The translations under genes were made by a program, and so were the position numbers. A stretch of 64,000 nucleotides of DNA from a virus. This document shows positions 1 through 11,200 of this stretch, one piece after another; the first letter of the stretch is position 1, and each line of letters starts with the position of its first letter. The DNA lies in IMG/VR virus record IMGVR_UViG_3300043772_001024, positions 32,001 to 96,000 of that record; one strand, written 5' to 3'. The notes under the pieces are model-generated. The model was given only the letters and a program-made list of their open reading frames with translations. It was not told where the DNA came from and did no database searches.

Positions 1-3000
1 CTTAAGATAATCCTCTAATCTCATGTTTGGATCAGTTACCTTTTCAAGTATCTCATTCTTAGTATCTTCAGTAAGAACATTATCAAAAGCTGTAAAGTTT
101 TCACCAGCCATGGTACCATCAGGCATCTTTCTATTATAGCCGGCATACTTTTTAAACAGATCTTTGTTAGTTTTAAACTTGTTTATCCTTTCTAACTCTG
201 CAGCTATATAAGGAATCATATGAGTTTTAGTAACATAGTTGTTAGCTGTACCAATTGCAAACTTATCTAAATCTACCCAAAGTCTTGTGTCTGATCCTTT
301 ACCTACACCACCTGGAATACCACCTTCTATTCTTGCACCAAATGAAGAAGACTTAGAAGCATGTCTCATGAATTCTTGAACACCACCTTTTAGTAAACTG
401 TGTAGTTCTTGCAAGAACTTACCATGTACATCTAATGAAGTTGTGTTAGTTCCTTCACCATTTTCTAACTGAGTTCCAGAGTTAACAAACATCTGTAAGG
501 ATCTACCAACTCTTTTTTCCATATCTGATGCAATATCAAATAAGGAATTCAAAGTTTGTGATCTGTTTGTAAATGAGTTTATCTTTGGATCAAGATAGCT
601 TAAGTATTCAAACTCACTACCTGCATTCCACAACTCTTTCATATTAGAAGCTTTGTTTAAAGCATATATAATCATACTTACAGAGTGATCTTCTATATGT
701 TCAAACACAAGATTTCTTTCAGCATTAAGCACTGCAAAGTTTGAAGAGTCAATACCATACTTAGCTTGAAGACCAAGTATCTTATCAATTTTATTTTTCT
801 GAGATACTTCTTTACCTAAGACTGATGCAGGAATACCTTTCATCAACCCTTGTAATGGATTCATTCTGAAATTGGTTATAGCTTCACTAGCCTCCGAAGT
901 TAAGTTTTGTTTTTTACTGGCTTTATTTATTTCAACTATAGTTTTAAATATATATGGTAAACCATATTCTTGTATAGCTCTTTGATCTTTCTTAAGTTCA
1001 TTTTTTATAACTCTTAAGTCATCTATATACAAACCAATTGCTCTTGCAAAATTAAATGATTTATCAATTATAAGATTACCATCTTTACCAAAATCTTCAA
1101 TGATCTTATCCATGTCAAGCATTGGTATATTATTCTCAAGAGATCTTATTACATAGTCATTTGTTAAGTCTCCTTTAAACTTAGCCTGAAACTTATTTGC
1201 AAGACTTGCTGTTTCTATTGAAGCTTTAGTAACTTCAGCTATACCATTTTCAAATATAGTAGTTTGTAAATATGTAGCTCTTGTTTTCTGAACATCTTGC
1301 CAAAAGTTAGTAAGCAATCTATTTTGAGATATTTTATCATTTATATTATCTGCTTGCACTACTTGTGATGGACTTGGAAGCTTGCTGTTTATCAACTGTT
1401 TAAACTCAGGATAGACTTCAGCAGCTGCTTGCTTTATATTATCATATATCTGCTCTGGATTTTTTTCTCCATTTACAGCACGCATTAAGTTGTTCCATGA
1501 TTCAGTAAAGTTTGCAAGCTCTTTATAGCCTAACTCATTGTAAACAGCTTTACCATTTTCAAGTTTGTGAAGACTCTTAAGAATGTATACTGTTTCTTTA
1601 CTAGCTAAGTCTAACAAAGATTTCTTACCAACCTTACTATCTTTTATCTGTTCACCAGATTTACTTTCCTCTACTCCTTCTGCTTTAGCACTTGATTCTT
1701 CTGTTTCAGTTTGTTCTTCTACATCAGTTTGATCTTCTTCTACTTCAATGTATTTTTGTCTTAGTAAATTAAATGTAGTATTTTCTAAATGATACTTTAC
1801 AAGACCACCTTTTGCATCACCAAAGTTATCTAATGCAGATTGAAAGATTCTTATCTTGTTTAACAGCTTTGCAGCTTCCATAGCTTTATCAGGATCATTT
1901 TCAATCTCTGTATAACTAGTTCTAGCATTAGCAAGTTTAGTTTCAAAATCTTTTCTTACTCTGGTGTAGAATGCTTTCTTATTATTATCACCAAGTAACA
2001 TAGATATGCTACCACTCTTATTACCTTTAAACTTTGCAGCTGCATCAATTATTTCAGATATATATGAGTCAATACTCTCACTTACCAGTTTAGCATCCTG
2101 TCTATTGAGTGCATCAATAGTTGGGTCTGTTAAACTTACTACACCTCTGTTGAGTTGTTTAAAAGATGTGGTATCAATATTTGGTGAGTATTTTTTTAAG
2201 AACTTAGGATTACTTTTTGCAAAGTATAGTTCTTTAAACAACTTATCTTTAGTACTCTTTGAAGAGAACAAGTTTTTGATAAAGTTTAATATTTTTCTAA
2301 ACAGAGTGTTTCTTGTTGTTTGACCTTTTTTAGCTGATTGATCAATACCATAAGATCTAAAATCTTCAGCTAAGTATTCTTCTAACTGTAAATAGTTAGC
2401 ATCCTTAAATGCTACTGTAGTACCATCTAGTAATGTAAAGCTTCCCGGTTGTTTAGCTACTTCTTTATATAACTTTTCTCTTTGTTCTTTAGTCAAGAAT
2501 ATTTGGGAGAATGCATGCCATGCTTCATGGTATACATCTACCATTGTACCTCTTTCACCTATCTCTATTTTACCAAACTTACCATTAAGTACAGAAGCAT
2601 AACCTATAAATCTAGCATATACATCAGAGTTAACTATGTTTACCATAGTTTTAAAGTCTATGTATTTAGATAATGGAGAATCATTCCACCATTGCTCAGC
2701 ATTTTTTATTTGCTCTTCTGTAACTCCATTTAAATCTGCACCCTTTCTAAACATAAAATCACTGAAGTCATCAGCTGGATCAGTTGTATTCTCTGGTGCT
2801 ATTGCATTGTTAATAGATTGCTGTTGAGTAATACCACCAATAGAGTCAGCAATAGCTTGTCTAACTTGATTTACAACTTTAGTAGTAGCTTTTCCTTCTT
2901 TATCTGTTCTCCCATTATCATGTTTAATAGATTTAAGCTTTTCACTAAAAGTATCTTTATTAAATCCTTCAGGAACAGTTAAGTTAATATAAGTTCCTCC

Positions 3001-5235
3001 ACCAGTTCTACCTACAAAGTCTTCAGATGGTATTCTAATTCTTAGAATATTACCATCAATCATGAAGCTATTATTTTTATCATCAGAGAGTCTTCTTATT
3101 ATATAAGACTCATCTTTCTTTTCTATTGTAGAATTTTCATTTATAAAATCTTTTAACCCATCTGTTGTTGATTCAACATTTAGTTTTAAATCAACAGCTG
3201 GTGTAGGTTGAACTTGAGCAGGAGTACCTAATGCAGCTAGTTCTGCATTTTTTTCTTTTTCCCACTGATCAAAATCTCCAACTTCTTTTATATACCATGC
3301 CTGCTTATCTTTCCACTTCTTTTCTATATCAGCTCTCTGAGCTTCTATATCAGTTTCAGTATTTGTAGTAGTAGGTTGAACAGGTTGTGATACATTAATA
3401 GGGTCTGGATTTTTAAAGTCCTCTTGTAGCTCTTTAATAAACTCAGTAGGTATACTAAATACCATGTGTGAATTAAAGAATCCCGGATCTGTTTCTTGAG
3501 ATATCTTTACTCTTGTGTTTGGTAATGTTTCAAGAAGAGGTATGTATGGAGTAAACTCATCATTGATTGTGTTTGTTTCTAAATCATAATCTTGGTAACG
3601 GTTATTGTTTAATGCTTTGTCATTATAAGTCATCTTAGCACTATAGTAGTTACCTTTATCATCAGTAGCTGCATTTAGCAAAACATCTTCAATAATACTT
3701 TCTTTACCAATAAGTTCTTCATTTATAAGTGGTATCTCTTTTCCACCACCCTGCTTATATGTTTTTTCATTATACTTGAAAATTAAAGTATTGGTACCCG
3801 GATCATAACTTAACTCATGTCTTCTAGTAGAAGGAGATGCTTTATCTGATAAGAACTGAGAAACAAAATTATATTTCTCTGCATTAGATATATTTGGATT
3901 AGCTAATGCAGCTGCAATCTTTCTAATTAAAGGACTTGCTTGTCTTTTATTATTAGCAAATTCAATAGGTAAGTTAGGTCTATCTAATGAATATTCTTTA
4001 CCATTCAAAGTAATCTTAGCTGCTTCTCTAGTACCACCAATCATTACCGGAGTAATAGTTCTGAATGTAGCATTGTTTACAAATGGAAGTTTTCTTAAGT
4101 TTCTTAAGTCAACATAGGGTTGGGCTATACTTTCTTTTACACCAGGAGTTAAACTAGTTAAATCAAGTAAAGGTCCATCACCTTTTAATGTAGCTTCTTT
4201 AACTTTATACAGCTCTTTAAACTCTTCTTGTTGTAACTTTCTAGCTTCTTCTTCTGTGATACCCATTTGTGCAGCAATATCAGCAGGAGTTTTAACACTA
4301 GTTTCAGTCCCATACATATTAGTCAATCTGTACACACCATTACCAGTTCTTACATCTCTCATGAACTGATACACAATGCCACCACCTTCTTCTTGAGTAA
4401 CTATCTTACCTTCTTGATTGAAGTAAAGATAATTACCGTCTGCATCTGTAAGCACTAATGCAATTCTTTTTAAACCTTCAACACCTTCTTTATTAGTTTC
4501 TTGAGCTTTAATTGCACCAGCTCTTATGAGTTCATTAAGAGTTGTTTTATCTAACTGAGCTTCATGAGTTTTTCTTAACTCTGTTAACAGTATTGGTTTT
4601 AACTTTAGTGTTCTACCTTGATATGTAATTCCAGCTAGAGGGTCTGTTGAATCAGAAAGTTCTACATCAGCTCTTATAGCTTCCATTGCAGAGAATATTC
4701 TCTGTTTAGCCGGATCTACTTTTTCTTCAAGTATTGGTTTATTTGTAACAGGATTAATTGGAATTAATTGCTGCATAGTAGATACAGTAGAACTAAAAGG
4801 TCTAAGTCTTACCGGATCTTTTATTTCAGATGTTTGATCTACTTGCTCAGTAAGCAATGCCTCATTTTGTTTAGTTTTAATCAAAGCCAACTTTGCTCTC
4901 TCAGATACTTGTGGTTTAAAGTATTTTTGTACTTCATTAAAACCTTCAACCTCATTCTTAAACTTAAGACTCAACTCTTTAATTGGATCTAACTTAATAT
5001 CTAAGTTGTCAAAAGCAGGTTTAGCTGCTATTGTTCTTATAATAGAGGGAACCTGTTGAAGAAACTTAACTGCTGTATCTTCATCTTTTTTGTCCGCAAT
5101 CTTATCAAAAAGATCAGCCATATATTGCTCAGGACTAAATGTCTCTCCAGCTTTTATTGCTTCAGTTAAAGATTTGTATATGGTTTTATATAATTTTTCA
5201 GATTGACTCTGGCTTAAGGCACAAGTAATTTTCAT
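1..5235 (-). CDS. Giant virion cargo protein (>1745 aa, 3'-truncated by window edge) with zincin metallopeptidase motif; probable virion RNA polymerase polyprotein
   Basis: Absent from the ORF track, consistent with no stop before the edge. ATG at 5235 (MKITCALSQSQSEKLYK...); spot-checked in frame to base 1 (...DPNMRLEDYLK). HEAWH at 2515-2529 plus QLEEYLAEDF at about 2359-2388. It is last in the cargo block, where crAss-like phages carry giant RNAP/zincin proteins. No DxDxD RNAP motif was noticed in the window. Confidence 0.75.
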   Translation of the reverse strand, partial: MKITCALSQSQSEKLYKTIYKSLTEAIKAGETFSPEQYMADLFDKIADKKDEDTAVKFLQQVPSIIRTIAAKPAFDNLDIKLDPIKELSLKFKNEVEGFNEVQKYFKPQVSERAKLALIKTKQNEALLTEQVDQTSEIKDPVRLRPFSSTVSTMQQLIPINPVTNKPILEEKVDPAKQRIFSAMEAIRADVELSDSTDPLAGITYQGRTLKLKPILLTELRKTHEAQLDKTTLNELIRAGAIKAQETNKEGVEGLKRIALVLTDADGNYLYFNQEGKIVTQEEGGGIVYQFMRDVRTGNGVYRLTNMYGTETSVKTPADIAAQMGITEEEARKLQQEEFKELYKVKEATLKGDGPLLDLTSLTPGVKESIAQPYVDLRNLRKLPFVNNATFRTITPVMIGGTREAAKITLNGKEYSLDRPNLPIEFANNKRQASPLIRKIAAALANPNISNAEKYNFVSQFLSDKASPSTRRHELSYDPGTNTLIFKYNEKTYKQGGGKEIPLINEELIGKESIIEDVLLNAATDDKGNYYSAKMTYNDKALNNNRYQDYDLETNTINDEFTPYIPLLETLPNTRVKISQETDPGFFNSHMVFSIPTEFIKELQEDFKNPDPINVSQPVQPTTTNTETDIEAQRADIEKKWKDKQAWYIKEVGDFDQWEKEKNAELAALGTPAQVQPTPAVDLKLNVESTTDGLKDFINENSTIEKKDESYIIRRLSDDKNNSFMIDGNILRIRIPSEDFVGRTGGGTYINLTVPEGFNKDTFSEKLKSIKHDNGRTDKEGKATTKVVNQVRQAIADSIGGITQQQSINNAIAPENTTDPADDFSDFMFRKGADLNGVTEEQIKNAEQWWNDSPLSKYIDFKTMVNIVNSDVYARFIGYASVLNGKFGKIEIGERGTMVDVYHEAWHAFSQIFLTKEQREKLYKEVAKQPGSFTLLDGTTVAFKDANYLQLEEYLAEDFRSYGIDQSAKKGQTTRNTLFRKILNFIKNLFSSKSTKDKLFKELYFAKSNPKFLKKYSPNIDTTSFKQLNRGVVSLTDPTIDALNRQDAKLVSESIDSYISEIIDAAAKFKGNKSGSISMLLGDNNKKAFYTRVRKDFETKLANARTSYTEIENDPDKAMEAAKLLNKIRIFQSALDNFGDAKGGLVKYHLENTTFNLLRQKYIEVEEDQTDVEEQTETEESSAKAEGVEESKSGEQIKDSKVGKKSLLDLASKETVYILKSLHKLENGKAVYNELGYKELANFTESWNNLMRAVNGEKNPEQIYDNIKQAAAEVYPEFKQLINSKLPSPSQVVQADNINDKISQNRLLTNFWQDVQKTRATYLQTTIFENGIAEVTKASIETASLANKFQAKFKGDLTNDYVIRSLENNIPMLDMDKIIEDFGKDGNLIIDKSFNFARAIGLYIDDLRVIKNELKKDQRAIQEYGLPYIFKTIVEINKASKKQNLTSEASEAITNFRMNPLQGLMKGIPASVLGKEVSQKNKIDKILGLQAKYGIDSSNFAVLNAERNLVFEHIEDHSVSMIIYALNKASNMKELWNAGSEFEYLSYLDPKINSFTNRSQTLNSLFDIASDMEKRVGRSLQMFVNSGTQLENGEGTNTTSLDVHGKFLQELHSLLKGGVQEFMRHASKSSSFGARIEGGIPGGVGKGSDTRLWVDLDKFAIGTANNYVTKTHMIPYIAAELERINKFKTNKDLFKKYAGYNRKMPDGTMAGENFTAFDNVLTEDTKNEILEKVTDPNMRLEDYLK

Positions 5236-5239
5236 ATCA

Positions 5240-8200
5240 TTAACATTCTAGATCATCTAACAAAGCATTAACTGTCTCATCTACTGTGATATTTTTATCT
5301 GCAACTTCTTGTTCTAAAGCTGTCTGTGCTGTAACATCATTAAGCAATGTAGATACAACATCAGTTGACTCTTTAGATAGATTTTGAAGATCTTTATCAG
5401 CCGGCTGAGTTGTTGGTGCCTCACCTTCAGTAAATAGATCACTATTTAATTTAAACATTTTATTTAACATATCAATAGAAATTGTCTTTTGATTTTTCTT
5501 ACCATATGGTTTTATTGTAACTGTACCTTTAACTATATCAATACTGCTAATAACTGCTGTCTCAAATGGCTCTAAAAATACTTCACCTCTATTCTTACCT
5601 TTGTCTGCAAATATAGTACTTTCACTGTGAACTTGGTTTCCGATACTCCAAGATTTTTCTTGCGTTGCAGCTTTTCCCCCTGAAAGTAAGTTACTCCTTT
5701 TTTGTTCTAACATTTGCTGCACTTGGAACAACTCATCAGCTGTCATGTCAAGAGAGTTCATACCAAGTTGAAGTTCAATAAAGTCTAACTGATCTGTGTC
5801 TTTAGCTTTGTTTATTCTATCCTCATACTCTTTAACTTTTGCAGAAGTATCAGTTGGAGTTCCTGTTGGTACACCACTACCTTCTTCATAGTCAGTAGGT
5901 TCTACTTGTTCTCCCTCAGCTTTATTTACTATGTTAGATACACTTGGAGAAACAGGTACACTACTAACAGTAGGTTTAGACTTCAATGGTATGATACTGT
6001 CTATTTGAGCCTGCATTTCTGGAGAAACAGGTAGGTCAATAAGTATCTTACCTGCTTTAAGTGCATTGGCTGAACTTGGTCTTGAAGCTTTTAATATCTT
6101 ACCTGTGTTTCTATCTATTTGAGTTTCAACTGGTAATATTTTTGGAATAGCTTTAACACCAATCATATTGTATAACAAGTTTACATAAGATGCTTGTTGC
6201 AATGTATTAGATACTTTGCTTGAATAATATTCACTATTAGGATCATTATACTTATCCCACTTATCTTGCTTACCTGTTTTTAAATCTACTATGTAAAAGT
6301 TTTTACCATCAGATAGTAGGAAGTCAATCTCCCCGGCAACATTTGCATCCTTGTCATACACAACAAGACCTCTGGATACTATAATTAATTTATTAGTATC
6401 CATCCATTGTTTCATAATCTGGAATAAACCATTTTCACCAAATAGGTTTTCATAAGCTTCCTCACTAATTTTATCTGCTTCAAATTTTGGTTTTCTACCT
6501 GCAAGAAACTCTTTAGATAAGTCATCTATGTATGTTCCTGCATCTGTCTCTTCATTGTATGTTTTTTCTGTTACTGCTCTTTCTACACTTTCTAAAAGTG
6601 TATCTGGAGTTTGTTGAGCTTTTTTAACCTCAGAAGGTGTGACATCTGGAAGCCCGGCAGACAATTGTAACAACATATTAGACTGGGCATCACTCATTTC
6701 ATTAGGGTATCCCTGGTACCCTGAAGTATCATTCCAATCAGCAATTATCTTATTCAGCTCTTCTTTAGATTTTATTTGACCTGACTTGATAGCATTTTGC
6801 AAATTACCAAAGAATATAAATGATAAGTTAGGACCTGTAATACCTATTTGGTTTCTTGAAGTAGCAACTAACTCTTCATAAGTTACAGGAGTTTCAACAG
6901 GAACTTCTTCTTCAATTTGGCTCTCAATTGCAGCTATCTGATTTCTTATTTCCTGAGCTAATTCAGGATTACCAAACTCACCTTCTTCTACTTTAAGATC
7001 TTCTCTTAAACTATTAAGTTGAAGTTTAAGTACATCTTGATCTGCAGAAGTTATAGTCATTAACTCTTTTATTTCTTCTGCAAGAGCTTCATATGTTTTT
7101 TCACTGAATCCAGGAAGCTTGGCCTCTCTTAATTGATTTATAAAAGCATCTACACCTTTACCTTGACCAATTGTCATGTTAAATGCAACTCTAACATCTT
7201 CCATTTTCTTGTAAGCATATTTCTCACCTTTAAGGCTTTCAATAACATTACTTACTCTTCTTAAAATATCACCCTCTACATCATAGCCGGTTTTCATTGC
7301 TTTAATCTTCTCTTGTTCCTTAAGCAGTAAATCTATTTTAGCTTTAGCTGCTTGGAGCTCAGGACTCATCTCACCAATTCTTTTGTTCTCTATATATGTA
7401 GAAAGTATGTTAGCTTTACTTTTATAAATAGCCAAGTTCTTTCTCTCTTCATCTGTAAGTTGATCGGCAGGTTTTGCACCCAACTCAGCAATTAAAAATC
7501 TATATCTCTGTAGTGTAGTATCTAATATAGCATCAGTAGCATCATCTGCAGATATTACTTCTCCATTAGGTAAAGTAATAGATGGTACAACCACTTCTCC
7601 AGCAGGTGTTGTTGCTGCTTGTAGCTTTTTATCTTTTACATATTTCTCAATTATCTCTAATGCTTCTGACTCAGATTTAATAAATGTTGCAAACTTGTTT
7701 TGTAAATCTTCTTCAGTGAGATTATCCGGAAACATACTTTTATTTTCTGGTCTTGCTCTGTACTCATCATATGCATCAACAAGCTGTTGTTTTAATTCTG
7801 GAGGCATTGCTTCTATTGGGGTATCAGCATTGATTGCATCTAACTCAGCTATTTGTTCTGCTGTGAATGGTTTAATACCTTCTTCAATAGCTTTTTCTGC
7901 AGCCTCAGCTCTTAAAGCATCATATGTCTTTTTTACTTCTGCTACATCTTCATCAGTTGGTCTGTTTAATATTTCAAATATTTCACCACTGTTAAACTTG
8001 ATATCTAATTTTAAGTCAACAGCTTCCCCTTCTGCATTATCATATTTTAATACACCAGCCTGATCTTTAAAAAACACAGCTGTTTTTTGTACTCCATCTT
8101 CTTCATAAGTAACATCAACACTTTGACCATTAGATAATTGATCATTAATAACATTTATGCTGAAATCTTTTTTGTTATCTATTTTTCTTACAACTACTTT

Positions 8201-11200
8201 AGTAGGTACTTTAGGTAATTTATTTATTTCAGATAACTCTTCTGCATCAAGTCTTGCTAATTCTTCTTTTTGTTTTTCACTAGCAGGTTTATTAGCTTCA
8301 AGTATTTGTTGCATAACAGATAAGCCCATGAATCTATTAGCTACTTCCTCATATATAGGACTACCTTTTTTTATTACTCTTTTGTTTACATCATCAAAAA
8401 ATTCAGTAGGTATCACTCCTGTTTCTTTAAATTCTGCAAATGCCTCTAAGTCAACATAAATACCAATAACAGCCATATCATTAAGAAGCTGATTAAACTT
8501 AAGTGTCTCAAGTTGCTTATTAATGTTTTCCCGGATATAGTCTTCTCTGTTGTTCCACATTTCATACATCCAGTCATATGTTCTATCCACATGCTCCATG
8601 AAACCTTCTGGATCATTCATCATGTTTATAGCATCAGATAACTTGTTTGCTTCTTTACCAAGCTTATAGTAATCCACTAATTTTTCAAAAGCATCATCAA
8701 TACTATCATTTAATATAATGTCATCACTTTGTTTAGCTAATGACTTCATGTATTTTTTAAATGAAGACTCTAGTTTATTTATAACTTGATCATCTAGCTC
8801 TAACCTCTTAGCTTTTTCTTCTTCATTACCCGGTTCAACCATGCCTTCTTCAAAGAAATGGGACATAAAGTTTTCATAGTCTTTCTGATACTCTTTTAAA
8901 ACACCTAGTGTATTCTCAGTCTCTTTAAGTTTTCTTTTAGATACTGGATCAGTCATTCCTTTTAAACCTTCAACTTCACTTTCAAGAATCTGTATTTCAC
9001 CCAGTATTCTATCATCTTTTAATAAAGCTTGAACTCTATTAGGATCTATCTTACCAAGTAATTCTTCTTGAGCAATAGCTTGGTAAATACTTTGCATCCT
9101 AGTTACAGTATCCTTATAATTCTCATGATAGAAAATTAAATTCTTTTTACCCTCCTCCCATGCTGCATGATATACAGAAGCTTTCTCATACTCTTTAGTT
9201 CCTTCCTCATAGTCATTAAGATCTATAGGACTAGGGAATTTTTCATTGTATTGTTTATATGTTTTCTCTATCTCTTTGGCTCTATTGATTACCCTATCTA
9301 GTTTTTCAACATGACCTTCTGCTTGCTCAACAGTAATACCAACAGCTTCAGCATACTCTTCAGTAGTCAATTCTTTTAAAGATTCCATATAGTCAGTCCA
9401 TATTTCAAGACTGTCCATTTTAATTAAGTCTGTTACATTTTTAATAACTGCTTCTTCTTTAGCATCTTTTTCTACTTTAGTATCTCCTGTATCTATAACA
9501 TTAGCTAATTCAGTTTGTGTACCTAAAGTAAATACTTTTGACTGAAGAAAATCAAGAGGATTTTTAGCCATGGTATTATTAACTGACTTAGTCATTCTAT
9601 CTACATACCCATCAATCTTAGCTTTATGTGCTTTATACATGTCATTTTTAAAAACTTGCATGTATTTTTCTTGAGCAAAAGGAATAGCTCTATTTAACGG
9701 ATAAGCAAAAGCACCCATCACAAAACCAGATGCAAATGTCTCAAGACCTTGAGCACTAGCTTGTTTACTAAAACCTTCACCTAATATTTCACCAAATGTT
9801 TTATCAGTTTTAAGTTCAGCTAACTGAGCTTTAGTATAATAATAAGATGAAGCAGGTTGAGAATAAAATGCTTGTAAGTGGTAGTTTTTAGATGTATCAG
9901 CAATAACTTCTTGTAGTACTTCTTGAGCACCTTCCATTAAGTTAGCTTTAGTATAACCTATAGCAGCTTTAACTGTTTTTTGAAGACCTTGTTTCTTAGC
10001 TGTTGCCCACGCACCTTTTACAGTAGTTAACTTTGGAGTAAGTAACTCTTTACCAGACTTTAATGTTTTCTTTGTAAACTCTCTCACAGTTGACTGACCT
10101 GCCATCTTTTGAACTTCAGCAACTTTTTTTGAAAGCATTCTAGACAAACCAGATTTAGGATTAAGTACATTACCAAATGTAACTTTATTACTTGCATAAA
10201 TAAGCAGTGTGTTGGCAAGCATTGAATCTTTAGAAGCTTTTTCTGCTTCTGCCATCATAGCATCTCTTAATGCTTGTGGTGGCATCTTACCATTGTTTCT
10301 AGATCTATAATCTTTAACTAATTGGTCATATGTATCATTTCTTGCAAATCCACCCTCAAGTCTAGCTTCAGATAAAGCCATATTTATATTACGGGCATCT
10401 CTGTATAAAGCCCCTGCAGTTTTAAATGCTGCATTATTAAATCTGTTCCAACCTTGTAATTGTTTTACATTTTTAGCAATGTCTATTCCTGTCTCTAATA
10501 AATTTTCAGCAGGGTTGGCAAGCTTTGCAAGACGACCGGCTGCTCTACCAACTTTATTGTCTAAAATATCACCTATCTTAGCAGCATTAAAAAACTCTCT
10601 AGCTTTATGTACATTAGTTAAAGACTTTACAGATCCAGCTACAGATTTACCTAATGTAGCTGTCATATCTGCAACAGTACTAACTCCTTTAATACCCCGC
10701 ATTCCTCTGCCAATTTTAGTTGCTAATCTTCCAAGGTTCGCAATACCACCAACACCACCAGTAAGAGCACTAATTGCCAACTCTTCTGTAAGAGCCTCTC
10801 CAATTATACCTGAAGTATAACCAAAGTTCATTAAACTATTATTAAAGAATGCACCTACTCCACCTGATGTATCTTGTGCAATAGCAGCAGCTTCAGCATA
10901 CTTTCTTGCATCTTCTGGATCATCACCAAAATCTCCTTGCACCATTCTTAATAAACTTTTGGGTCCGGATACAAAACCTCTTGCAAATAAAGGAGCAAAC
11001 CCATGTACTAATGTTCTTTGTGCTCTATCAAAAAAATTTGTTTGAGCATTAAAAGCAGCATCATTATCTTTAAATGGACTAAATCCAATTTTATCAAATG
11101 TCTCTTGACCAAATGCATGATATGTTTTATAGAAAGAACGTCCATCTGCACCAGCATTATAAGTGTATGGTTTTATTTGTTCATTATTAGTATGCAACTG

